A DNA stretch of 64,000 bases from Candidatus Nomurabacteria bacterium (lineage in GTDB: Bacteria > Patescibacteriota > Minisyncoccia > Phycocordibacterales > UBA9973): positions 387,697 to 451,696 of the forward strand of contig CP060230.1 of NCBI GenBank assembly GCA_023898605.1, given 5' to 3'. The notes beneath the pieces are model-generated. The model did no database searches and had not been told where the DNA came from. It saw nothing but the letters and a program-made list of their open reading frames with translations. Shown piece by piece: positions 20,629 through 28,771 of this stretch. Position numbers and translations under genes: made by a program. Each line of letters starts with the position of its first letter. Position 1 is the stretch's first letter.

Positions 20629-20665
20629 TATTAGCATAGAAAATGTAAATAGAAATTACTTATAT
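20629..20665. repeat. 37-bp promoter-like repeat copy 1
   Basis: near-identical (2 mismatches) to 21178-21214; on the minus strand it carries TTTACA and an AT-rich -10-like stretch. Confidence 0.7.
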
Positions 20666-20670
20666 ATAAA

Positions 20671-20700
20671 ACAAACACCCCCTAGAAGAGGTGTTTTGTC
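20671..20700 (-). terminator. terminator-like hairpin downstream of the barstar-like gene
   Basis: acacc/ggtgt stem with U-rich flanks; a weak terminator. Confidence 0.35.
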
Positions 20701-20756
20701 TTAAAACTTATTCAGATGATTTATACTGACCCAAAAGTAGGCCCTAGATAATCTTA

Positions 20757-21149
20757 TTATATTTTATCTAACAAGATTTTAATTCTTTCTTTATACTTTT
20801 CTGGAAACATCACTATTAAACTCCCATCTGAATTTTCAAAAATATTATTTATCAAAACACTCAATAAAATAACTTTTTCTTTTTCATCAATATCGGGAAT
20901 ATCCACATGATATATAAGAATATTTTTTTTATCTTTAATCCAGTGAAAATCTGACAAACATTCATCTAAAGCATCCCAATTAAAACCAAAATATCCTGGA
21001 AACCTAAGTGCCTCAGCATATGATCTAAATAAATCTTTTTTACTATTTATCCCACCAGGAATAATACCTATATATGTATCTGCGTAATTTTCAATGTCTT
21101 CTAGTTTTCCAAATTGAATTTTCATATTATTTATCTTAACTGAAGTCAT
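20757..21149 (-). CDS. barstar-family protein (barnase/RNase inhibitor-like immunity protein)
   Basis: LRFPGYFGFNWDALDECLSD aligns with barstar [20 protein letters not shown], including the Asp and Cys; 130 aa. Confidence 0.65.
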   Translation of the reverse strand: MTSVKINNMKIQFGKLEDIENYADTYIGIIPGGINSKKDLFRSYAEALRFPGYFGFNWDALDECLSDFHWIKDKKNILIYHVDIPDIDEKEKVILLSVLINNIFENSDGSLIVMFPEKYKERIKILLDKI

Positions 21150-21177
21150 TATTGAAAACTTAATACTATATTAATGA

Positions 21178-21214
21178 TATTAGCATATAAAATGTAAATA
21201 AAAATTACTTATAT
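21178..21214. repeat. 37-bp promoter-like repeat copy 2
   Basis: lies 30-70 nt upstream of the 130-aa barstar-like start at 21149. Confidence 0.7.
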
Positions 21215-21255
21215 GACAAAAATAAACACCTACTTTTTATCCAAAAAAACATAAA

Positions 21256-21549
21256 CTAACTCCAGAGTTGAATATTTTTCTGCTTAAATTCCTTCAACCA
21301 CTCAATAAATTCATTTACTGAGATGAAGTTATATTTTTTTAAATCTTCCAATTCTTTTTCATCTTTTGTGGTAAAGTCCTCTTTGTCGTGAATTTCGTCA
21401 ATAAAATCAGTTTCTATATCAGACAAAGTTTCATAGAGTCCCCCTTTATCTAATGATCCAATATACAATTTTTGCCAATTTTTATCAAATTCTTCGAAGT
21501 CAATTTTCCCTTCAATAAACGAATCTATGAGTTCAATAAAATTCTTCAT
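21256..21549 (-). CDS. small acidic hypothetical protein inside the immunity cassette (possible immunity protein)
   Basis: 98-aa helical acidic ORF taking the internal ATG (MKNFIEL); the track start at 21594 overlaps the upstream gene. Confidence 0.3.
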   Translation of the reverse strand: MKNFIELIDSFIEGKIDFEEFDKNWQKLYIGSLDKGGLYETLSDIETDFIDEIHDKEDFTTKDEKELEDLKKYNFISVNEFIEWLKEFKQKNIQLWS

Positions 21550-21565
21550 ATTTGTTAATTTTATA

Positions 21566-21904
21566 TTATTTTTTAAATTCATACTCAAAGACAAAATCTT
21601 TAGAATTATTAACCTCCCCTTGACTTGTTCTTTTTAAAATATCTTCAAAAAAATCAAAATGTGAACCAAATATTTGTCTTAACTTTTGTTCACCATTTAT
21701 TATAAGTTTTATTTTTTTTATATTTTGATTTTTGACAATAAAAGAATCATCCCATAAACCCCACATCCAATCATCAAAAGCGTCTAGATTTGGCATTACT
21801 GTTACTTCTGACCCTGGAGTATAGCGAAAATCAAAGGCCTCCTGAAGGATGGAAAAGACATCTTCTTTAGTTTTTGAGTTTTCAAAATTAACTTGTATTA
21901 TCAT
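21566..21904 (-). CDS. barstar-like protein (second copy, divergent)
   Basis: EDVFSILQEAF...YTPGSEVTVMPNLDAFDDWMWG parallels barstar DLHQTLKKEL...[16 protein letters not shown]. Confidence 0.45.
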   Translation of the reverse strand: MIIQVNFENSKTKEDVFSILQEAFDFRYTPGSEVTVMPNLDAFDDWMWGLWDDSFIVKNQNIKKIKLIINGEQKLRQIFGSHFDFFEDILKRTSQGEVNNSKDFVFEYEFKK

Positions 21905-21909
21905 GATTA

Positions 21910-22056
21910 ATTATTATTACTAGAATATTTAGTTTTAATTTTAATTTTTTTAAATGACTTATAATGACTATTTGTGAAATATATCTCTCCTTCTTTACCA
22001 CCAACAAAATCTGGGTAATAGACCAAAGAAAACAGGAGTATTTTCTTTTTGTTCAT
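21910..22056 (-). pseudogene. remnant duplicate of the GT N-terminus (first 20 codons of the 19351-20514 GT, then out-of-context sequence)
   Basis: ATG at 22054-22056 inside repeat copy B; 49-codon ORF ending 2 nt before the ATG of the 21566-21904 gene. Confidence 0.55.
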
Positions 22057-22071
22057 AGGCTAATTATAGCA
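21998..22071. repeat. 74-bp perfect direct repeat copy B
   Basis: identical to 20456-20529; contains the stop codon (TAA at 22064-22066) of the upstream GT. Confidence 0.9.
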
Positions 22072-23155
22072 CTCCCGAGTACACCTCAAAAACCTTGTTT
22101 ATCATGATTTCTTTTGAGAACTTACTATTTACAACCTCTCTTGCCTTGTTACCCATCTCTCTCAAATCCTTATCCAATATCTCATTTATAGCTTCTGCCC
22201 ACACATCAGCGTCAGCATTTCTAGGTATAAGTATGCCGACTTCACTAGAAACGGCTTCTTTTATACCGCCGACATCACTTGCAATGACTGGAGTTCCGGA
22301 AGCCATCGCCTCGAGAATAGTCATAGGAAATCCTTCCCATAGTGTCGGCAAAACAAAAACGCTCGATTGTGTGAGTTTCTGCAATACTGATCTTCTATCT
22401 AAAGCACCGAGTAGAAAAACACGATCAGAAAGTGACATACCTTCTACTAGATCTTTGATATCTTCCATGTCAGGACCATCGCCTATTATTTCTACTTCTA
22501 CTCTCCTTTCATACTTCTTCTCTAGTATTCTTACTGCTTCTATCACCTTTTCTGGAGTTTTTGGTAGAGCGAGTCTTCCCACAAACGTAAGTTTTGGGAT
22601 TTCATTTTGTGTTTTTTCTACAAAACTTGGGACCTCTACCCCGTTGTAGATTAGCTCTACCTTGCCAGGATTTATGAGCGGAAGTTTCTGAAGTAGTTTT
22701 TGGTCGTTTCTAGAGACGGCTATTATTTTTTTGCAGAAAAACGATGCTTTCCATTCCATTATGAACGCTATCGGCTTTCTCCAAAGTGGTGCCCCGCCAG
22801 TAAATGCGATTCCATGTGCGGTAAAAACAGTAGAATATTTTAATCCCAGAGAAAATCTACCGATTATCCCTGCAAACGAACTATGGCAAGAAACTATTTC
22901 TGGAGAAAATTTCTTTGCGACTTTTCTCAAACTTCTCATCACAGAAAGTATGACAATTGGGTTAAATGTTCTTCTTATGCCGCCAAGTATCTCTACCTCG
23001 AAACCGAACTCTCTCGCTCTGTCACAAAGCCATCCGTCTTGTCCCGAAACGAGAAGCACGTTGTCACCCTTCTCCTTGTGCGCCGAAAGTAGCTCGAACA
23101 CGACACTCTGTGCCCCTCCAAGTTCTGATTTTGTTATAAGGTATAGAACCTTCAT
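22064..23155 (-). CDS. glycosyltransferase family 4
   Basis: EGFPMTILEAMASGTPVIASDVGG. Confidence 0.8.
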   Translation of the reverse strand: MKVLYLITKSELGGAQSVVFELLSAHKEKGDNVLLVSGQDGWLCDRAREFGFEVEILGGIRRTFNPIVILSVMRSLRKVAKKFSPEIVSCHSSFAGIIGRFSLGLKYSTVFTAHGIAFTGGAPLWRKPIAFIMEWKASFFCKKIIAVSRNDQKLLQKLPLINPGKVELIYNGVEVPSFVEKTQNEIPKLTFVGRLALPKTPEKVIEAVRILEKKYERRVEVEIIGDGPDMEDIKDLVEGMSLSDRVFLLGALDRRSVLQKLTQSSVFVLPTLWEGFPMTILEAMASGTPVIASDVGGIKEAVSSEVGILIPRNADADVWAEAINEILDKDLREMGNKAREVVNSKFSKEIMINKVFEVYSGVL

Positions 23156-23156
23156 T

Positions 23157-25154
23157 TTATATGTTTTCTAGTTTCAAGAATGAGACCTCAGGGAATGTTT
23201 CCTCTTGCTTCAATATGTGACTGTAAATTCTTTGTGATACTTCTATGTTTGGGTTGAGTTCGAGTGCCATTGTAGAATATTCTTTTGCAGAAGGAATATC
23301 TCCACCATATAGCTTTGTAAGAGCCAAGACAGAGTAAGCTAGCGGATTATTAGGAGAGAGTTCAAATGTACCGTTCAATAAAATATTCTCTGAATCTTCC
23401 AACCTATCTTCTCCCAATATTGTTGAGAATTGATACAAGTAAGCAAGCGCTACTCTTCCTCTATAATCATCTGGTCTTTCTTCTACATGTTTTTCATATT
23501 CTTCTATATATAGGTTTAATTCTTTCTTTGCTATAACCTGCTGATCTTCAGACAAACCAGTTTTGTACATAATATTGTGTATGCCACTAACAAATCCTGC
23601 GTACAAGAATCTTCTTATCTCGAAACTACCAGGTCTCTTGAATGCATTTTCTATATTTATTGATCTTTCTTCGTAATTTTTACTATTGAAAACCTTTACC
23701 AAACTTCTTTGCCAGCTCATATCTGTAAAGAAAAGTACCAAAATAGAAACAAAAAGTGGTATAGCTATTATTTTGTGATAGTTTTTGTTGTCTTTTAATA
23801 CATATTCTTTGTTATCCTCTTCTGTAAAAGATCCAACAGAAAAGATAAAGGCTAGAAGAGACCACCACAAGAACAAGCTACTAACCATATCAAAAGATGT
23901 TTGTAGTTGTATTATATGTCCAACAAAAACGAGTCCCAAAACATGAGCAAGTCTGTCATCTATGTTTCCTTCTTTTTTGTTTTTGTTAAGTGTGTATATT
24001 GCAAAAAATATAACAGAAAGATACAAAAGAAGTCCTAAAAATCCGTTTGCCACCAAAGTATCGACGATTATATTGTGAGCCCTGTCAAACCAAACTTCAC
24101 CTATGTTTTCTTTATAGTAAAGTCTGTTGTCAAAATACTTTGTAAAGGGAACCTCGAAATTGTCTCCGCCCCACCCCAAAACTGGCTTTTCTAAAACAGC
24201 ATCAAAAGAAAAGTCCCATATTATAATTCTGGCTGCGGTAGAAATCTCTATATACTTTTTCTGAACAAAAGAGTTTGAAGTAAACAAAAGAGAAAGAAGA
24301 ATACATACAGACAACAAAGAAACCGTACTAAAAGACTTCAAAGTTATAGACTTTATATTATCTTTTTTAACAAATCTTTTTATAACTTCTCTTATAAATA
24401 AATAAACGAGTCCAGCATATGCAACTACAGCCGATGCTTGTGCAGAACCAACTATAGAAGATATTCCAGTAAACTCGTTTTTACCAAGTAGAGTGTTGTA
24501 GTTTATAAAAATAGGACTTATTGCTTGAATAAAAAGCAAAGATCCATAAATCAGTTTTTCTTTTTTAATTTTACTGTTTAGAAAAAACGCTATGGTTATA
24601 AAAAATGTCAAAGCAAGGTATGCTCCAGCAAAAGTAGAGTTACCAAAAGTCATACCATCTGTGGCAAAATTAAGAAAACCGACTCTCTTGTTTATAATCC
24701 ACAATCCATTTTGACCAAATATATATAAGAAAGAAAAAATAGAAGAAGAAACTATAAGTGACTTCAAAAAACTAAACCAATCATTTTTTGTCAAAATTTG
24801 TGAGTTTACAAACGAAAGAATAAGCAAAACTAAAACTGTCAAAAGTCCGGTTTCTCTTTGTATGTCAGACCAAAAAGATCTAGAAAAATCTACTCCTAAA
24901 ATTGCTGAAACAAATAAAGATGAAATAAAAAGTACTATCGAAATAGAAAGGTACTTTGAAATCTTGGGGATTCTTATTTGTTTATCCTCTCTAAATGCAA
25001 AAAAAAGTAATGCGATTGAAGTAAGTAGAAGTAATGCAAAATATTTTGCATTTACGGAACCGTAGGCTATTTTGGTTGTTATAAAAAATGGAAAAATCAG
25101 AGTAAAAATAGAAAAAATCTTCCCATATACAGTCGTATTTTTGAACAAATTCAT
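23157..25154 (-). CDS. O-antigen ligase/polymerase-like (Wzy_C) membrane protein with C-terminal TPR-like repeats
   Basis: multi-TM region with AHNIIVDTLVANGFLGLLLYL (Wzy_C-like) and a helical-repeat C-terminus. Confidence 0.55.
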   Translation of the reverse strand: MNLFKNTTVYGKIFSIFTLIFPFFITTKIAYGSVNAKYFALLLLTSIALLFFAFREDKQIRIPKISKYLSISIVLFISSLFVSAILGVDFSRSFWSDIQRETGLLTVLVLLILSFVNSQILTKNDWFSFLKSLIVSSSIFSFLYIFGQNGLWIINKRVGFLNFATDGMTFGNSTFAGAYLALTFFITIAFFLNSKIKKEKLIYGSLLFIQAISPIFINYNTLLGKNEFTGISSIVGSAQASAVVAYAGLVYLFIREVIKRFVKKDNIKSITLKSFSTVSLLSVCILLSLLFTSNSFVQKKYIEISTAARIIIWDFSFDAVLEKPVLGWGGDNFEVPFTKYFDNRLYYKENIGEVWFDRAHNIIVDTLVANGFLGLLLYLSVIFFAIYTLNKNKKEGNIDDRLAHVLGLVFVGHIIQLQTSFDMVSSLFLWWSLLAFIFSVGSFTEEDNKEYVLKDNKNYHKIIAIPLFVSILVLFFTDMSWQRSLVKVFNSKNYEERSINIENAFKRPGSFEIRRFLYAGFVSGIHNIMYKTGLSEDQQVIAKKELNLYIEEYEKHVEERPDDYRGRVALAYLYQFSTILGEDRLEDSENILLNGTFELSPNNPLAYSVLALTKLYGGDIPSAKEYSTMALELNPNIEVSQRIYSHILKQEETFPEVSFLKLENI

Positions 25155-25192
25155 AAATCCATACTATCACATATGGGTCTTTAGATAAATAA

Positions 25193-25220
25193 CAAAAACA
25201 CCCCTTTCGGGGTGTTTTTG
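25193..25220 (-). terminator. rho-independent terminator
   Basis: aaaa-acacccc-tttc-ggggtgt-tttt hairpin. Confidence 0.6.
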
Positions 25221-25259
25221 CAAAAGACTTTTAACGTCTCCTTTATCGCTAGACTAAGA

Positions 25260-27251
25260 TTAGTTTAGAGATATTGGGCTTGTCTTGTAGTCTTCTAGAT
25301 CAAAGTCGTACACATTGAACACTGTTGCAGAGTCAGTTGTGTTCCAACCAATTGATTTTAGAAGCATTTGGTAGATACCGTCATCTTCTACAGAATCGTT
25401 TGTTTGTGTAACAAACAATGTGAATGTAGATGATTGACCATCTTCAAGCTTCCAGTTGCTGTTTGCACTAGCTACAGCGTCTCCTGATTCTGTTAGGATA
25501 TCAGCAAGATCGTCTGTTGTAGCTGTACCTGAATCTTCTACGTAGTATAGGATTCCGTCAGCGTTTGTTAGAGATGTTTCAGCGATTGAAGTTGAGATTG
25601 TAGCAGCTGCTGTGTCAGACACATAAACTGTACCGTCAAATGCTTCAACCTTGAATACTACTGTAAACTCTCCTGTATCGTCATCAGCACCATCATCTAC
25701 AAGTGTGTTTGTAGAAGCTGATACAAATGTAACGATGATACCTGTGTCGTAGAATGACATAGCGTCTCCTAGAGCAGTACCTGTAGCATCTGCGTCAGAG
25801 ATAGTATTTCCTTCTTCGTCATCAGCATCGATAGCGTCAACTTCGAATGATCTAAGTTCAGCTTTCAATGTATCACCTTCGTCAAAGTTAGAGTCAAGGT
25901 CATTGATGTCCGCTAGAACTACGAATGACATTGTGTTTCCGTCATCGATAGTTATATCGATGTTGTCAAATGTGACTGTTGCTGCTGTTAGAGGAGTAGA
26001 TGTAGAAACAGTTTCTGAGAATTCTTTTCCGTCAACTTCAAGGTGAAGTGAGTTAGCTACAAAGTCAACGTCTGTTGCACCTGTAACTGTAAGAAGAACT
26101 GGAAGATCCTTGATTTCTATATCAGAACCGTCAGCTTCGATTGAGAATCTCAAAAGCTCTACACCGTCTGTATCGCTTGAAGAGTCAACGTTTACAACTG
26201 TTGAGTCTGGACTGTCTGAGTCAAGAGTAACTTTCATCTCGACATCAGCTGCTGTAGCGAAGTCAGCAAAGTTGAATTCTGTTGCTGCGATTGTAGGATC
26301 TTCTGATATTGTTGTTCCTTCTGCATCTTTGAATCTAGCATTTGTTACGTCAACTGCCCATGAGTCTGAGTCATAGTCAGCTGAGTCAATGTTAGAGATA
26401 GCAGATATTGCAACGTAGAACTTACCTTTTGTATCAGCGTCTACTATTGCGCCATCAAGAGATATAGTCTTTGTCCACTCATCGTATCCGTCTCCATCAG
26501 AATCTTCTGCTGAGAAATCGTCTACGTTAGCTTCACCAACTTTATCTCCACCTAGCCAGATAGAAACTTCATCTGCGTAATCATCTAGGTCTTCTGAAGA
26601 ACCTGAGTCATCGTTCTCGAACCATACTTTCATTGAAGTAAATTCAAGATCTGAACCTGGGTCAACGTCAACTTCGAATCCCGCGATCTTAACATCGTTC
26701 TCACCTTCTCCTACTTCTTCAGAAGAGTATTCTCCTAGAAGTGTGTATGAGTCAACTGCACCTGCTCCACCTGAAAGTGATGAAGTTGTACCTGTTGATC
26801 CTGTAGAACCTGTTGATCCTGTAGATGAAGACATTTGTGATTGAGCAGAAGCTCTAGAAGCTGGTCCGAATACTCCGTCAGCCACAAGTCCTCTTGATGC
26901 TTGCCATGACATAACAGCAGCCTTTGTTGCAGGACCAAATGATCCGTCAACTACTAGCCCTGCGCCAGCGTAAGCATTAAGGAATGATTGAAGGTTTGAA
27001 ACATACATTCCAGATGAACCCTGTGAAAGAGTTGATGTACCGAAATCGTATGTCATCATGCTTGATGATCCACCACAAGATGCTGACAATATAGCGTCAA
27101 CAGTTGCGCTTGGGATACCAAGAGCTACAAGTGCTGCAGAAGCACCTGCACATTCAGCGTCACTCAAAGCAGAAGCTTGTCTTGCTGCACCAAAAGATAC
27201 AACTAGACCAAGTACTGCTACGATTGAAGCAAACTTTTTAATATTAGTCAT
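25260..27251 (-). CDS. secreted cell-surface protein with an N-terminal peptidoglycan-binding domain and a long acidic Thr/Ser/Asp-rich region
   Basis: signal peptide MTNIKKFASIVAVLGLVVSFGAARQASA; PG_binding-like repeats LVVDGSFGPATKAAV and LVADGVFGP; about 500 aa of D/T/S-rich sequence. Confidence 0.5.
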   Translation of the reverse strand: MTNIKKFASIVAVLGLVVSFGAARQASALSDAECAGASAALVALGIPSATVDAILSASCGGSSSMMTYDFGTSTLSQGSSGMYVSNLQSFLNAYAGAGLVVDGSFGPATKAAVMSWQASRGLVADGVFGPASRASAQSQMSSSTGSTGSTGSTGTTSSLSGGAGAVDSYTLLGEYSSEEVGEGENDVKIAGFEVDVDPGSDLEFTSMKVWFENDDSGSSEDLDDYADEVSIWLGGDKVGEANVDDFSAEDSDGDGYDEWTKTISLDGAIVDADTKGKFYVAISAISNIDSADYDSDSWAVDVTNARFKDAEGTTISEDPTIAATEFNFADFATAADVEMKVTLDSDSPDSTVVNVDSSSDTDGVELLRFSIEADGSDIEIKDLPVLLTVTGATDVDFVANSLHLEVDGKEFSETVSTSTPLTAATVTFDNIDITIDDGNTMSFVVLADINDLDSNFDEGDTLKAELRSFEVDAIDADDEEGNTISDADATGTALGDAMSFYDTGIIVTFVSASTNTLVDDGADDDTGEFTVVFKVEAFDGTVYVSDTAAATISTSIAETSLTNADGILYYVEDSGTATTDDLADILTESGDAVASANSNWKLEDGQSSTFTLFVTQTNDSVEDDGIYQMLLKSIGWNTTDSATVFNVYDFDLEDYKTSPISLN

Positions 27252-27787
27252 AATTAATTTATCGTTTTTAATACGTGCGTTAATGATTAGTTCGACAAAA
27301 CTAAAACTGCACGCTGTTATAGACACTATGTTCCTTTACCGAACACAGCATCATAACAATTTGTGTTTAACAAAAACTCTCTTCGAGTTTTTGTGATCTG
27401 CCTTGTCGACACGGCGGATATATTTATCGGCTAGATCAAGAGCACAAATTGATAATAATTGTTATCTTCTCTATCAAGCAAAAAGCAAGACAAAAAAGAT
27501 AATTGATTGATTACCTATATTTGTATTTCAATGATCCTCCCGATACCGACATATCCCTGCAAATCTCGGATCCTATCACCCAAGATATCTTGCAGAAATT
27601 TTGCGCAATATGGATTCAAAAAGAATACATAAAATCTGCGCAAATTAATTATAGTTTGATTTTAGGCAAAATCAAAACTACAAAAAGTCTTTGTGTGTGG
27701 AAAAACTGCGAAAATCGCGCTCTCCAAACACAGCCGCTATTATTGCATATTTGGGCTTATTTTTCAACTATTTTTGACTTATCTATT

Positions 27788-28645
27788 TTAGGAGTTTTTG
27801 TCGTCTTTGATAGTGTAGGTTGCCCACCTTTTTTCACCCTTTTTCAAAAGTAGTCCCTTAAGGACAAGTGACTGGAGGTCTCTCTGAACTGTCTTCTCGC
27901 TACAGTCTGGTATATGAGGAAGAATGTCCTTTATACCGGCTTCTCCCTTCTTTTTTATTATAGAAATAATAGCGTTTTTTCTGTCTGTTTTGTCGTTTAT
28001 AGAAATGTCCTTTAGATTGTCCTTTATAGGTTTTGAAATGTCCTTTAAAGAACTCACTTCTTTTCCTGTGTTTTTTTGTCCGATAGGACCATCTTTTTTC
28101 TCATCAAATAGGTTTCCAAAGTCGAACGCTCCCCTCTCTTCTACCTCGTCATCCTTGTATTGAGCGAGTGCTCCTTGCCACCTTTCTTGTCTAGATCTTT
28201 TTAATACAACTTTCAAAAAAAGAGTTTCTTTCTCTAATATTGCGTGATTTTCCTCTGATATCTCTCCAGAGTAAACTGCTATTTGTAGTAGTGATAGAGT
28301 TTCTGCCAATCGCCCCTCTACATACTCTATGTGGAAAAATTTCTCAAAAGAAGAAAGTGTTGGAAGTATGTATATATCTTTTATAAGGTCTATAGCAACC
28401 GCTCGTAGGCTGTCCTTTAGAGGATTCTTATCGGACATTATATCGGACACTAAATACACTGCTGTACTTATCTGATTTGTCTTTTTCTCTATAAAGGACA
28501 TAAAATCCCTTTTTATTTCAAGGATTTTTTCCTCGTTGACCTTTATTTCTTCAGAGCCTTGTCCTTTATAAAGGTAGTTTTTTATTTTTGATAATCCCCT
28601 GTTTTCCATAGTGTCTTTTATATAAGTAATGTCCATTATACACAT
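27788..28645 (-). CDS. hypothetical protein with a C-terminal winged-helix DNA-binding-like domain
   Basis: C-terminal EKTVQRDLQSLVLKGLL helix-turn-helix-like segment; the start at the internal MCIMD is uncertain. Confidence 0.3.
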   Translation of the reverse strand: MCIMDITYIKDTMENRGLSKIKNYLYKGQGSEEIKVNEEKILEIKRDFMSFIEKKTNQISTAVYLVSDIMSDKNPLKDSLRAVAIDLIKDIYILPTLSSFEKFFHIEYVEGRLAETLSLLQIAVYSGEISEENHAILEKETLFLKVVLKRSRQERWQGALAQYKDDEVEERGAFDFGNLFDEKKDGPIGQKNTGKEVSSLKDISKPIKDNLKDISINDKTDRKNAIISIIKKKGEAGIKDILPHIPDCSEKTVQRDLQSLVLKGLLLKKGEKRWATYTIKDDKNS

Positions 28646-28771
28646 CTTTTTCCTTTTTACAATTATTTTTAATCGCACCAAAATAGTAAGATTTTTATAT
28701 ATGAACAAAATAGCCAAATATAGAAATCCACAAGATATTTTTTCTATATTTTTTGGTACAATTAGGTACAC

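Noticed and set aside
27503-27853. 116-aa plus-strand ORF in the long non-coding gap
   Set aside because: It has no motif and odd composition, and it overlaps the 3' end of the neighbouring minus-strand gene. It is more likely non-coding.
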